Assembly: GCA_030698625.1 (NCBI GenBank)
Contig: JAUYMS010000035.1
Location: 9,950-73,949 of the forward strand
DNA: 64,000 nt
Source of the DNA: Candidatus Omnitrophota bacterium
GTDB lineage: Bacteria; Omnitrophota; Omnitrophia; Omnitrophales; Aquincolibacteriaceae
Direction of reading: 5' to 3'
Shown: positions 19,910 to 29,466 of the stretch, in pieces
Layout of the letters: each line of letters opens with the position of its first letter
Numbering within the stretch: position 1 is the stretch's first letter
Position numbers and translations under genes: made by a program
Notes under the pieces: model-generated
What the model was told of the DNA's origin: nothing
Seen by the model: the letters and a program-made list of their open reading frames with translations, nothing else
Databases searched by the model: none

Positions 19910-20742
19910 CAATCCCCGTATTCTTTTCGAGCTCTCCGATTCACGATCGAGAAGGAAAAGTTCAAGGCTATATCTATGTGGCCCAGGATCTCACCGAACG
20001 AAAGCTGCTTGAGGATCAATTGTTGCAAGCTCAGAAACTCGCTTCACTGGGGCGCTTTGTGGCGGGCCTTTCGCATGAGATCAATGCCTCACTCATTGTC
20101 ATTCTTCGGTACGCCCAGCAAATTTTGGAATCAGGAACCGATGGGGGGATTCGCCAGAAAACCGAGATAGTGGCAAAGAGGGCGGAGCACAGCCACAAGA
20201 TTATTCAGGATCTGCTGACATTTGTTCGGCCTCGCCAGAAGAGAGGGGAAATCCTTAACCCTTGTGATCTTGTCGACGAAATGCTCGAAGTGCTAAATCC
20301 CGATGTCGAGAAATTCAAGATAAAGATCGAAAGAGACTACCCGGATGTTCCGTCGAAGATTGACGGGGACGAAGACCTCTTGAGGGAAGTGTTTATGAAC
20401 CTCATGGTGAATGCCTTTCAAGCCCTGGAGTCAAATAAGGGTGAGCGGCGTTTCAAGGTAACCGCGTCCGTTGAGGGACAGAAGATGAGACTGTCCTTTG
20501 CCGATAACGGGCCGGGGATCGACAAAAAGGACCAAAGTAAGATCTTCGAGCCCTTTTTTACGACTAAAGAAGTCGGCGTCGGTACGGGATTAGGGCTGAG
20601 CCTGACCTACGGCATCATGAAGCAGCATGAAGGCGCGATCCAAGTTGAAAGCGAGCTCGGTCAAGGTACTGTTTTCCATCTCGATTTTCCTCGAGTGCCC
20701 AATGAATTGAAATCCGATCTCCGGACCGCCGAAAAGGCTTAA
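19906..20742 (+). CDS. Sensor histidine kinase, C-terminal part (end of PAS – HisKA – HATPase_c)
   Basis: Begins with the PAS C-terminus IPVFFSSSPIHDREGKVQGYIYVAQDLTERK. HisKA H-box LSHEINASL, then HATPase_c with the N, G1 (DNGPGI) and G2 (GTGLGLS) boxes. GTG start overlaps the upstream stop (GTGA). Confidence 0.6.
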   Translation: MTIPVFFSSSPIHDREGKVQGYIYVAQDLTERKLLEDQLLQAQKLASLGRFVAGLSHEINASLIVILRYAQQILESGTDGGIRQKTEIVAKRAEHSHKIIQDLLTFVRPRQKRGEILNPCDLVDEMLEVLNPDVEKFKIKIERDYPDVPSKIDGDEDLLREVFMNLMVNAFQALESNKGERRFKVTASVEGQKMRLSFADNGPGIDKKDQSKIFEPFFTTKEVGVGTGLGLSLTYGIMKQHEGAIQVESELGQGTVFHLDFPRVPNELKSDLRTAEKA

Positions 20743-20755
20743 TCGCTTGGCGGGA

Positions 20756-22195
20756 CTAGAGTTCCAGTCTGAGTGAAAATCCGCCATAAGGTCTTGTGTA
20801 CTCAAAAGAATTGTTTGCGGATTGCGCGCGTTCGTAAGTGAAAAATGCCCTCAATGTTAGATTTTCAAGAACATCCTTTTCGAGCGCAGCCGTTATGTCC
20901 CAGACATCGTCTTTGCGTGAGCCATCTTCAGTCGCTTTGAAATCAGGCCGTTCGTCATGCGAGTATTGCGTGCCCACTTCACTGCGGATGCCATAGGATA
21001 AAGGGAAATGGAAGGCCATACGGGCACCGTGGACATCACGCAGGAAGTTGTCGCCCTTGGGGTCGTCGTGACGGAAGGTGTATCCGAACGTCCAGCGCCA
21101 AGTTCTGGCACTATTGAGAAAGATCGTACTGATTAAGCCCGCGTTGTGGCTGTGTCCGTCGCGGCCAAAAGTCGTGGGGTCCGCAGAGTTATCATCGTAT
21201 TCGCTGTATGCGTAGGAGTAATAGGCCACGCTTTGCAGCCGCTCATGAGGTTCGAAAACCATGGTTGTCGACAAGGCATTGGTGAATACGAAAAACTTCC
21301 GGTCAAGTATCACGTGACTCAGACTTTCGTTAAAGAACAAGACGAGCGGTTTTCCGAACATTTCTCCCACCTGGGTTAATGAGAAACCGAACGTGTTGAT
21401 GAAGGTATTCAGATTGCGGAGTGAGTCATCATAAAGGTCCTGGGTGTAGGCGTAAGAAGCTTCAGCAGACAAACTTCCCCGGTTCCAGAAATTATAAGCT
21501 CCTTCAACCCGGGTTTCGTACATGCCAGAGTTTTTGTCCGCAGAATTGCTGAACGTCTTGGAGCGCGAGACAAAAGCCGCATTGCCGTGATACTGGTAGC
21601 CCAACTCCGCTTCAATTCGCCACCGCTTAAGCGGCTCAATTGCCGGAGGAAGAATCTCCGCCAGGGGCAGGGCCAAGAGTTCAAGCCGCGATTCGGCAGC
21701 TTGACCATAGTGCCCCCCTGAGTCATGTTCTATCACGTAGTTATATTGCGCTCTTGCTTCGACCAGTTTCCCCTGGACCACATTATTTTCTGCTAAATAA
21801 AAGTAAGCAGCCGTGTTAGCAGAGTCTATTTCCAGAGCTTTCATGAGCATCTCTTCGGCTTTCACATATTGGCCGAGTTTGTGATAAGCGATACCCTGAT
21901 AGCGGCGGATAATGGGTTCCCGGGGATAAAGTGCGGCAAGGCTTTCAAACGCCTTTATCGCTTTCTGGAATTTCCCGCCTTTGAACAATGCCGTTGCTTC
22001 ACTTTCAAGAATAGCCTGTCTAACGACTTCGGGATCCCGAGGGTGACCCTTGCGGGCATCGCCTACCTGGAGGGAAAGGCCAAAGGACGGAACGGCGTCG
22101 GAAGTTTCTTCTTCCCGGGCTGAGGCGGTCTTCTCGCATGCAGTTGAGAAGATCCCAAACGATAACGTAAAGATCAAATAAAAAAGTAGCCTCAT
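20756..22195 (-). CDS. Outer-membrane protein: N-terminal TPR repeats plus C-terminal beta-barrel-like domain
   Basis: Signal peptide. TPR-like repeats (AIKAFESLAALYPREP…YQGIAYHKLGQY…). The C-terminal half is rich in alternating aromatic/hydrophilic strands. Overlaps the upstream lipoprotein gene by 4 nt. Confidence 0.55.
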   Translation of the reverse strand: MRLLFYLIFTLSFGIFSTACEKTASAREEETSDAVPSFGLSLQVGDARKGHPRDPEVVRQAILESEATALFKGGKFQKAIKAFESLAALYPREPIIRRYQGIAYHKLGQYVKAEEMLMKALEIDSANTAAYFYLAENNVVQGKLVEARAQYNYVIEHDSGGHYGQAAESRLELLALPLAEILPPAIEPLKRWRIEAELGYQYHGNAAFVSRSKTFSNSADKNSGMYETRVEGAYNFWNRGSLSAEASYAYTQDLYDDSLRNLNTFINTFGFSLTQVGEMFGKPLVLFFNESLSHVILDRKFFVFTNALSTTMVFEPHERLQSVAYYSYAYSEYDDNSADPTTFGRDGHSHNAGLISTIFLNSARTWRWTFGYTFRHDDPKGDNFLRDVHGARMAFHFPLSYGIRSEVGTQYSHDERPDFKATEDGSRKDDVWDITAALEKDVLENLTLRAFFTYERAQSANNSFEYTRPYGGFSLRLEL

Positions 22196-22446
22196 CCGCC
22201 GGTCGCGACATTTTCCGTGACTGCCCGCTGCAGATCACGGCGGATTTGAGATGTTTGTGTCTGTTTGAGAGCTGCAGATGTGTCCTCGGTATTTTCAGCC
22301 GCCGTTTGAAGACGCGGTTCTAACAAGCCCACAACTGAGTGGTCGTCTTTAGTACTTTGAGTGGTCGTTTGACAGGAAGATAGGCCTAAGAGACAACACA
22401 GGGTAAGCAGTATGAAAAGCGGTTGCTTGCGGTCCCTGTCGATCAT
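22192..22446 (-). CDS. Small lipoprotein
   Basis: Lipobox LLGLSSC followed by a Thr/Gln-rich low-complexity stretch. Overlaps both neighbours by 4 nt (operon). Confidence 0.45.
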   Translation of the reverse strand: MIDRDRKQPLFILLTLCCLLGLSSCQTTTQSTKDDHSVVGLLEPRLQTAAENTEDTSAALKQTQTSQIRRDLQRAVTENVATGG

Positions 22447-22814
22447 TTCTTATCGCCGAGGCACTCGCGGACACGTGCCATCAGATCTTCGGGGCCGAAG
22501 GGCTTTTCAAGGAATGCGTGAATCTTCCAGATGGAAAAGAATTTTTTAATGCTGGGCCTTGCCGATATGACGATGATGGGGACTTTGGCCATTTTGTCGG
22601 TCCGCTCCCGGAGCTTGTCGACCAGTTGATAACCCGTCATCTCCGGCATGAGGGCATCGACAATGATCAGGTCCGGTTGCTCGGAGGCCGCCATCTCATA
22701 GCCTTCCCTACCGTTTGATGCGATTACGACGGCGTATTTTTCGTGTGCGAGCCTTGATTCGAGCGCCTTTAATATATTAGGCTCATCATCAACGATAAGT
22801 ATTTTTTTTGGCAT
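22443..22814 (-). CDS. Single-domain CheY-like response regulator
   Basis: KILIVDDEPNILKALE…DLIIVDALMPEMTGYQLV…PIIVISA… Canonical DD, D, T and K positions are present. Confidence 0.85.
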   Translation of the reverse strand: MPKKILIVDDEPNILKALESRLAHEKYAVVIASNGREGYEMAASEQPDLIIVDALMPEMTGYQLVDKLRERTDKMAKVPIIVISARPSIKKFFSIWKIHAFLEKPFGPEDLMARVRECLGDKK

Positions 22815-22971
22815 GAGGCCCTCTTAAGTCGTTATTCGCAATCAGTTTACATACGTCCCGTGTGAAATTCAATTTGAAAGGACAATGTGCTTTTTCTTTG
22901 CCTTGTATCGGCAAAAAAGGTAACCTTGTGAACTCAGAGCATTCTAAACAGGGTTCACTCGGAGGGGCTCC

Positions 22972-23799
22972 ATGAAAACGTTGACGGATCTGCTTGAGTG
23001 GCTGTGGAACGATTATGCGGCGATGAATTCTCAGGCCGGCGCCATTCACCGCGCTTTGGAAGCACGGGGTGAAAAGGTGATCAATGATCACGTCGCTTTC
23101 CGCACCTTTGACCTCCCTGAAGTCCGCATCGAAGCTCTCGCCGCGCCGTTCCTGAGATGCGGTTACGAATTGCGGGGCGGGCCGTATCTGTTCAAAGAGA
23201 AAAAACTATTCGCTCGTCACTATGCGCATCCCGATACAAATAAGCCCAAGATTTTCATTAGCGCCCTGAAAGTCGGAGAGTTCTCGAATGAGCTGCAACG
23301 GATTGTGCGGGACCTTGTGACACAATTACCGGCGGGATTTAGCGACGGGGATGATTTTCTTATCGCCGGCGCTCCGTGGCAGCCCGTATCTTGGGACACG
23401 TATTCAAAACTGTTGGCCGAAAGCGAATATGCCGCGTGGATGGCGGCGTTTGGTTTTCGGGTTAATCACTTTACCGTATTCTTTAATGCCCTCACGACCT
23501 TCAAAACCTTACCCGAATTGAACACGTTCATCAAAGGACTCGGGTATGCATTGAATGCATCCGGCGGGGAGATAAAAGGCTCTCCGGAAGTTTTCCTTGA
23601 ACAGTCTTCGACCTTGGCGCATTCGGTAGTGACGGAATTTAGCGACAGGACGGAAACGATTCCGGGTTGTTATTATGAATTTGCCAAGCGATACGTCCTC
23701 TCCGACGGAAAGCTCTTTCAAGGCTTTGTCGCAGAATCTGCCGATAAAATCTTCGAAAGTACCGATTCCCTTGGTTCCAAAGACAAAGATCAAAAGTGA
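22972..23799 (+). CDS. DUF1338 family protein (YdcJ/HglS-like putative 2-oxoacid dioxygenase/decarboxylase)
   Basis: N-terminal pattern …NDHVAFRTFDL… and overall length and composition typical of DUF1338. Assignment by remembered family signature only. Confidence 0.55.
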   Translation: MKTLTDLLEWLWNDYAAMNSQAGAIHRALEARGEKVINDHVAFRTFDLPEVRIEALAAPFLRCGYELRGGPYLFKEKKLFARHYAHPDTNKPKIFISALKVGEFSNELQRIVRDLVTQLPAGFSDGDDFLIAGAPWQPVSWDTYSKLLAESEYAAWMAAFGFRVNHFTVFFNALTTFKTLPELNTFIKGLGYALNASGGEIKGSPEVFLEQSSTLAHSVVTEFSDRTETIPGCYYEFAKRYVLSDGKLFQGFVAESADKIFESTDSLGSKDKDQK

Positions 23800-24410
23800 A
23801 AGCGGTTTTCCTTTTACTGGCTGTCTTCTTATCGATAGGTGCTGACTACAAGCGCTATGGTATCGAGTCCGGTATCTTTGAATACCGGGTGGACGGTCAG
23901 ATGACGGGGACGGAGACGCTTTACTTCGACGAGTGGGGCGCGCGGGAAGCACGATACAGCGACCTCGTGGCGGAAGTTGAAGGCAATGAGCTGCCGTCCA
24001 GGACGCTTCAATTACGGCAAGGCGGGCTTTTTTTTCTGATTGACCTCACCACGAAGACTGGGGTGGTATATAAGGACATGGGATTAGATATGGCTCTGGA
24101 GGAAGCGGGCACTGAGGTGGATCAAGTCGCAGAAATCATGTTGCGCAAAGAAGGTGCCCGTCGCGCCGGCGAGGGGGAATTCGCGGGGAAGGTTTGTGAA
24201 GTCTGGGAGATTCCTTTAAAAGGCAAGGGTATGTGCTTGTGGAAGATGATCCCCTTGGAAAGTTACATGGAAACCCGGGGCATTCGACTCACCTCTGTGG
24301 TCACACACATTCAGGAGAATGTCCCGATTCCTGAAGAGAGATTTGGAATTCCCGCCGATATCAAGATCGAAAAGGCTCGAAAAACGGGCCCATCCCAAGC
24401 CCCTATGTAA
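23796..24410 (+). CDS. Secreted hypothetical protein
   Basis: N-terminal signal peptide MKAVFLLLAVFLSIGA. 4-nt overlap with the upstream gene (co-operonic). Confidence 0.4.
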   Translation: MKAVFLLLAVFLSIGADYKRYGIESGIFEYRVDGQMTGTETLYFDEWGAREARYSDLVAEVEGNELPSRTLQLRQGGLFFLIDLTTKTGVVYKDMGLDMALEEAGTEVDQVAEIMLRKEGARRAGEGEFAGKVCEVWEIPLKGKGMCLWKMIPLESYMETRGIRLTSVVTHIQENVPIPEERFGIPADIKIEKARKTGPSQAPM

Positions 24411-24455
24411 ATTGGCCAGGCGCACGCTGTTTCCCATGATGGCAGTGCCCTACTG

Positions 24456-26264
24456 CTAGGCTTCCTGCAGGAAATTACGCAGATGTTGTACTCGCCCGTC
24501 CCTTGGGTGAAGTTTCTGAAACGTTTCGAAGGCGCCGGCGGCCTTTTCCGGATTCCCCATCTCCTTGTAGGTCACGATCAGGTCATGCAAGGCATCCGGA
24601 TCTCCTGAATCGATTCTCAAAGCCTCAAGAAACTCGGCTTCTGCTTCCGCCATGCGCCCCAGTTCCCCGTAGACATAGCCAAGCGTTTTTCGCGCGAAAA
24701 GATTGTCGGGATCTCCTTCCACGGCTTCCGCGAGACTTCGGATCGCAAGCTCATGTTTGCCGAGCCGGTGATAGGTTTGGCCGAGACTCGCGCGAAGCGT
24801 CCAATTCTCGGGAAACTTGGCGATGCCCCTTTGATAGGTCTCGACGGCTTCATCTCCTTTGCCGAGAAGCATGCGGGCCTCTCCTAGCCCTGAAAAAATG
24901 TAGGCGTCTTCGCGAACCGCAGCCGCCTTTTCAAAAAGCTTTTCGGCTTGCTCATAGAGCCCTTTGTTCAAGTAGACGATTCCGAGATTATGAAGGGGGA
25001 GCACATTCTCGGGCGGGGCATATCGCGCGGCATTGACCCAGAGATACTCGGAGTCGGACCACACCTTTTGCTGCTTGATATTGAGAAACGCGTAGGCCGA
25101 AGTAAGCAGAATGCAGACCATGATAACCATATCCCCGCCTGTGAAGCGGCGCAGCACCGTTAGCAGCGGAACATAAACGCCGATTACCGCCAGGTAGAGC
25201 CAGCGGTCCTGAATGAGGGCCTCTTGCGGGATAATGTTCAGCATAGGCAGGAGAATGATCAGGCTCCACGAGAACCAAAAGAAAACCGGTTTGTGGATCT
25301 TCCACGACAGGATATATAGAGCCGCGATGGTCAAAAGAATAAAGCCCGAAATGAGGACCTGAGGATCTTTCCAGGTGGCATATATCGGAAAGTGATACCA
25401 GACGGTCAAATTCATCGGGGCGAAGAGAAGTTGCAGATACCGCACAGATGCCACTGTCATAGCGTACAGGTTGGAGAGGAAAGACCCGCCGTGAAACGAC
25501 AGAAGCCCTATGCTTTTCAAATTGACGGTGGCCAGAATCGAAAAGACGAGAGCCACGCCGAAAAGCGGCAGATACAAACGCCAGTCCCTTTTCTTCAGGT
25601 GTCCGAAAGCATAATCGTAGCAGAGGAGAACCGCCGGCAGTACCACGGCGGACGATTTGGAGAAGCAAGCAAGTCCATATAAACCGAAAACGGCAAATCC
25701 CGAACCTGACGAATACGACGTCTTAGCGCGCGCGCGGATGTGAAGCAGCAATGCCCACAAAAACCAAAAACCGAAGAGAAGATTTTTTCTCTGCGAAATC
25801 CACACCACTGACTCCACCTGTACGGGATGGACTCCGAAGATCAGGGTTACGCTTAGCGCCATTAGCCAGTCGCGGGTGATATGCCAGATAATGAGGTAGA
25901 CGAGGACGCAGTTGGCGACATGAAGGAGGAGATTCGTGAGGTGATAGCCGCCGGCATCAAAATGGAAAATCTGATAATCAAGCGCGAAGGACAGCATGGT
26001 GAGGGGGGCGTAAATGCCCACATAGGGCTTGCGAAACATATCGATCACATTCTCGAAAGAAAAGCTCCGGACCACCGGATTTCGGACTACGTAATCGGGA
26101 TCATCCCAATTTACGAATGGGAAGGAGAGCGTGCCGAAATAGACCCAGAAGATGCAGAGAACGGCGGGAATGAGAAGCGCCAGGTGAAAGCGCCAGCGTG
26201 TCTTGTCGGAAATAAGGTCTGTGAGCCATTGCTTAGGAGCTATGAGTAGATTGTCCTGTGACAT
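24456..26264 (-). CDS. Polytopic membrane protein with C-terminal TPR repeats (TMTC/PMT-like putative protein glycosyltransferase family)
   Basis: About 11 N-terminal TM helices with a VNWDDPDYV loop motif. C-terminal TPR repeats (GLYEQAEKLFEKAAAV…, WTLRASLGQTYHRLGKHELAIRSL…). The start was set at the internal MSQDNLL; the listed ORF extends to 26420. Confidence 0.6.
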   Translation of the reverse strand: MSQDNLLIAPKQWLTDLISDKTRWRFHLALLIPAVLCIFWVYFGTLSFPFVNWDDPDYVVRNPVVRSFSFENVIDMFRKPYVGIYAPLTMLSFALDYQIFHFDAGGYHLTNLLLHVANCVLVYLIIWHITRDWLMALSVTLIFGVHPVQVESVVWISQRKNLLFGFWFLWALLLHIRARAKTSYSSGSGFAVFGLYGLACFSKSSAVVLPAVLLCYDYAFGHLKKRDWRLYLPLFGVALVFSILATVNLKSIGLLSFHGGSFLSNLYAMTVASVRYLQLLFAPMNLTVWYHFPIYATWKDPQVLISGFILLTIAALYILSWKIHKPVFFWFSWSLIILLPMLNIIPQEALIQDRWLYLAVIGVYVPLLTVLRRFTGGDMVIMVCILLTSAYAFLNIKQQKVWSDSEYLWVNAARYAPPENVLPLHNLGIVYLNKGLYEQAEKLFEKAAAVREDAYIFSGLGEARMLLGKGDEAVETYQRGIAKFPENWTLRASLGQTYHRLGKHELAIRSLAEAVEGDPDNLFARKTLGYVYGELGRMAEAEAEFLEALRIDSGDPDALHDLIVTYKEMGNPEKAAGAFETFQKLHPRDGRVQHLRNFLQEA

Positions 26265-26334
26265 TGACGTATTATAATGTCGCAAACGCCAGTGGGCAAC
26301 CCGTGGTTGGGAGGTATTCTGTGGTTCGAGATCG

Positions 26335-26559
26335 ATGTCAGACGTGATGAACCAAAGCACTTTCAAGGAGTTCGTCCTCGACCAGTTGCCGAATGCCGGA
26401 TCGATCGATTGTAAGGCCATGTTTGGGGGCTTTGGGCTTTACCGGAACGGTATTTTTTTTGCCATTATTGCCCGCGAACGGTTGTATTTTAAAACCGATG
26501 TCACGAGCCGCACAAAATATACGGATGCCGGCATGGGCCGAGGAAGCCGCGCTCGTTAA
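26335..26559 (+). CDS. TfoX N-terminal-domain-like small protein (truncated relative to TfoX/Sxy)
   Basis: MFGGFGLYRNGIFFAIIARERLYFK matches the TfoX_N core. Only 74 aa. Ends 20 nt upstream of nnrS. Confidence 0.35.
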   Translation: MSDVMNQSTFKEFVLDQLPNAGSIDCKAMFGGFGLYRNGIFFAIIARERLYFKTDVTSRTKYTDAGMGRGSRAR

Positions 26560-26578
26560 GTAAGTTCAGGAGGATTGA

Positions 26579-27844
26579 TTGAACCCCAAGAATGGATGGA
26601 TCGTCGCTGTTTGCCGTGAGCCCTACCGGATCTTTTTCCCGATAGGCGTTCTGATCGGCATTTTTGGAGCCGGGCACTGGCTTGTCTACGGACTCGGATG
26701 GGCTGAGGCGTATTCCGGCATTTGGCACAGCCGTTTGCAGATGCAGGGCTATATGGGTTCCGTCATTGTCGGATTTCTCCTGACGGCTTTGCCTCGGTTT
26801 TCGGGTAAGCCTCATGCCTCGCCCATCGAGTTGATCGTCTTTCTCGCCGCCATGGGCGGTGTATTCGGTTTTCGCCTGGCAAATCGGCCGGCTCCGGCCG
26901 ATTTGAGCTTTGCGGTGCTCCTCTGTGCATTTGCGGTTTTCATGGTGCGACGGTTATTTATGCCGAGTCGCTCATCGAATCCGGTGAGTCCGCCGGTCGG
27001 TTTCATCTGGGTCCCGATCGCCGGTGCTTTCGGTCTTTTGGGGTCGTTTTTGCTTTATGCGCCGCGTTTTCTACCGATTTCCGCCTCCTGGGCGAATACC
27101 GGACGAGGCATGCTTGAACAGGGTTTCATTTTCAGCATTGTTGTCGGCGTCGGAGGATTTCTGGCCCCGCGTCTCATGGGCCGTTCGGAAGTGGTACAAC
27201 GCGCCGACGTTGGAAAACCTCATGTGGCGGTTCTCAGACGGAAAAGGCAAATCCGCATTGCTTTCGCCGGAGGGGGCGTGCTGCTCCTGAGCTTTCTTCT
27301 GGAGGGGGTTTTAGGAACCTCAATCGCGTACAGTGTCCGTGCACTCCTCGTGACATTCTTTTTTTATCAAAACCGCGCCTGGCCGTTTCCGCCCAAAATA
27401 CAGGATGACCCGATTCGATTACTATGGTTTTCGATATGGTTCATGGTCATCGGATACTGGATGATTGCCTTAGTTCCCGATTTGCGTAAGGCCGCGTTGC
27501 ATCTTGTATTTCTCGGGGGCTACAGCCTTATGACATTTGCGGTGGCGACAGTGGTGGTCCTTAGCCATTCGGGAAAACCTGAGGTTCTCCGGAAACCGAT
27601 TAGGGCACTGCGTGTGGTCGGGGTGGGAATGATTGCAGCTGTTTTCTTGCGTTTGGCTGCCGTCTTTTTTCCGGCTTCGTATTTTCAGTGGCTTGCCGGA
27701 GCGGCCGGTCTTTGGATTCTCTGCGCGTTTGTCTGGCTCGTTTTTGCCGGCCCCTGGTTAGTGATGGTTCCGAATGCGGATGCGTTCGAAAAGGGCCACG
27801 AAGAAGCCAAGAGTCGAATTCCTCCGTTTAGTCGGACCCTTTGA
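26579..27844 (+). CDS. nnrS: NnrS-family heme-copper membrane protein
   Basis: N-terminal signature REPYRIFFPIGVLIGIFGAGHWL. About 12 TM helices over ~420 aa. TTG start with strong SD (AGGAGGA). Confidence 0.7.
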   Translation: MNPKNGWIVAVCREPYRIFFPIGVLIGIFGAGHWLVYGLGWAEAYSGIWHSRLQMQGYMGSVIVGFLLTALPRFSGKPHASPIELIVFLAAMGGVFGFRLANRPAPADLSFAVLLCAFAVFMVRRLFMPSRSSNPVSPPVGFIWVPIAGAFGLLGSFLLYAPRFLPISASWANTGRGMLEQGFIFSIVVGVGGFLAPRLMGRSEVVQRADVGKPHVAVLRRKRQIRIAFAGGGVLLLSFLLEGVLGTSIAYSVRALLVTFFFYQNRAWPFPPKIQDDPIRLLWFSIWFMVIGYWMIALVPDLRKAALHLVFLGGYSLMTFAVATVVVLSHSGKPEVLRKPIRALRVVGVGMIAAVFLRLAAVFFPASYFQWLAGAAGLWILCAFVWLVFAGPWLVMVPNADAFEKGHEEAKSRIPPFSRTL

Positions 27845-27853
27845 GCTATACCA

Positions 27854-29167
27854 TTGGAGCGTCAGAGGGTAAAATACGGGATGATTCAGACAAAGACGAT
27901 GGCACTAAATTCGGAATCGCAGAAGTTTATAGAACGTGTGGCAGGGGACTACCGGTTTACTTACCAGGAATCGCGGCAGCTTGAAATCGCTGCCCGGGAT
28001 ATGGAGATGTGGCAGGAGGGCTCGCTGGAAGTTCTCTGGCTCAGGATTGAGGCGGAGGCTCCACTGAGGCTCAAGGGACCGCAGCGCAAAAAACATCTGC
28101 TTAAAAAGCTTCGTGAGTCTCTTCGCTCGCGGCAAGTGAAGCCGACCGATTATTCGGGCGAACCGCTGCCTCAGCCGAACCGGAATTCCTTAAAAGTCAC
28201 AGTCAAGACTTCGGATAAGAAGATCTTCGGGGATTGTCCCGTAGCGTCTCCGAAAACGGTCTGTTGTAATCTGAGAACCATCGATGCGGTTGAGAATTGC
28301 GCCTTCGGCTGTAGCTATTGCACGGTGCAGACTTTCTACGGGGATGAAGCCGCGTTTGATGACAGCCTGGGTGAAAAACTCAAGGGTATAGAGCTCGAAC
28401 CCGAGCGGTTCTACCACTTTGGTACCGGTCAGTCATCGGATTCTCTCGTGTGGGGTAATCGCAACGGGATTCTCGATGCTCTCTGTAATTTCGCCCGCAA
28501 GAATCCAAATATCCTCCTCGAGTTTAAGACGAAGTCGGATAATGTAGCTTACTTTATGGAACATGAGCTGCCGCGTAATATCGTGTGCAGCTGGTCGCTT
28601 AATGCCGAAGAAGTGATCATTAATGAAGAGCATTTTACGGCCGGACTGGAACGACGAATTGCCGCGGCAAGAAAAGTCGCCGACAGAGGCATTCGAGTCG
28701 CTTTTCACTTTCATCCAATGGTTTACCATCAAGGTTGGGATAAAGCTTATCCGGAGCTTGCCCGACGAGTCCAGGAACAATTCCGTCCGGAAGAAGTCCT
28801 TTTTATATCCTATGGGTCCGTCACGTTTATTAAACCGGTCGTTCAAGCGATCAGAAAGCGCGGCGAGAAAACCAAGATCCTGCAAATGGAGATGGTTCCT
28901 GACCCTCATGGCAAGCTGACTTATCCTGACCCCGTAAAATTTGAAATGTTTCGTACCATGCACAAGGCGTTTGCGCCGTGGCATGATGGTGTCTTTTTTT
29001 ATTTGTGTATGGAGCGCGCAGAGATCTGGGACGGCGTGTTTGGCTGGCACTACAAAACCAATGAGATCTTTGAAACCGAATTCGGCAAAAGTGTCATGAA
29101 AAAGCTTGGGGTAAAACATGGAGACTCTCGAGCTAAGCAGCGGGGGCTATCGATAGACGGGAATTAG
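27854..29167 (+). CDS. Radical SAM protein of the spore-photoproduct-lyase / DNA-photolyase-like family
   Basis: Cluster CAFGCSYC (CxxxCxxC). Size and flanking pattern fit SplB-like proteins. The start is uncertain (27854, or downstream Met codons). Confidence 0.6.
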   Translation: MERQRVKYGMIQTKTMALNSESQKFIERVAGDYRFTYQESRQLEIAARDMEMWQEGSLEVLWLRIEAEAPLRLKGPQRKKHLLKKLRESLRSRQVKPTDYSGEPLPQPNRNSLKVTVKTSDKKIFGDCPVASPKTVCCNLRTIDAVENCAFGCSYCTVQTFYGDEAAFDDSLGEKLKGIELEPERFYHFGTGQSSDSLVWGNRNGILDALCNFARKNPNILLEFKTKSDNVAYFMEHELPRNIVCSWSLNAEEVIINEEHFTAGLERRIAAARKVADRGIRVAFHFHPMVYHQGWDKAYPELARRVQEQFRPEEVLFISYGSVTFIKPVVQAIRKRGEKTKILQMEMVPDPHGKLTYPDPVKFEMFRTMHKAFAPWHDGVFFYLCMERAEIWDGVFGWHYKTNEIFETEFGKSVMKKLGVKHGDSRAKQRGLSIDGN

Positions 29168-29466
29168 TTCGACATCTTGTTCACTTCTTTCCATATGGTA
29201 ACACCTAAAAGTCATTAAAATTCACCGTATCGTCGTTTTATATAGACAAAGATGTCCATAATAATAGACTCGCCCGAATCAAAACTATAATAGCTAACGC
29301 GATTAGATTGCCCTCCGAATAGCACCTCGCGTCAATTTGCAATATGTCCAGGGGATGCTGAATTCTCTCAAGATTTGGCATGAGCTTTGCATCAGTATAC
29401 GCTATTCCAAGGTCCGCAGATTGCCCAAAGGGCTTAATTTTCCTTATTTTGGAGGGTTTTCGGTTG

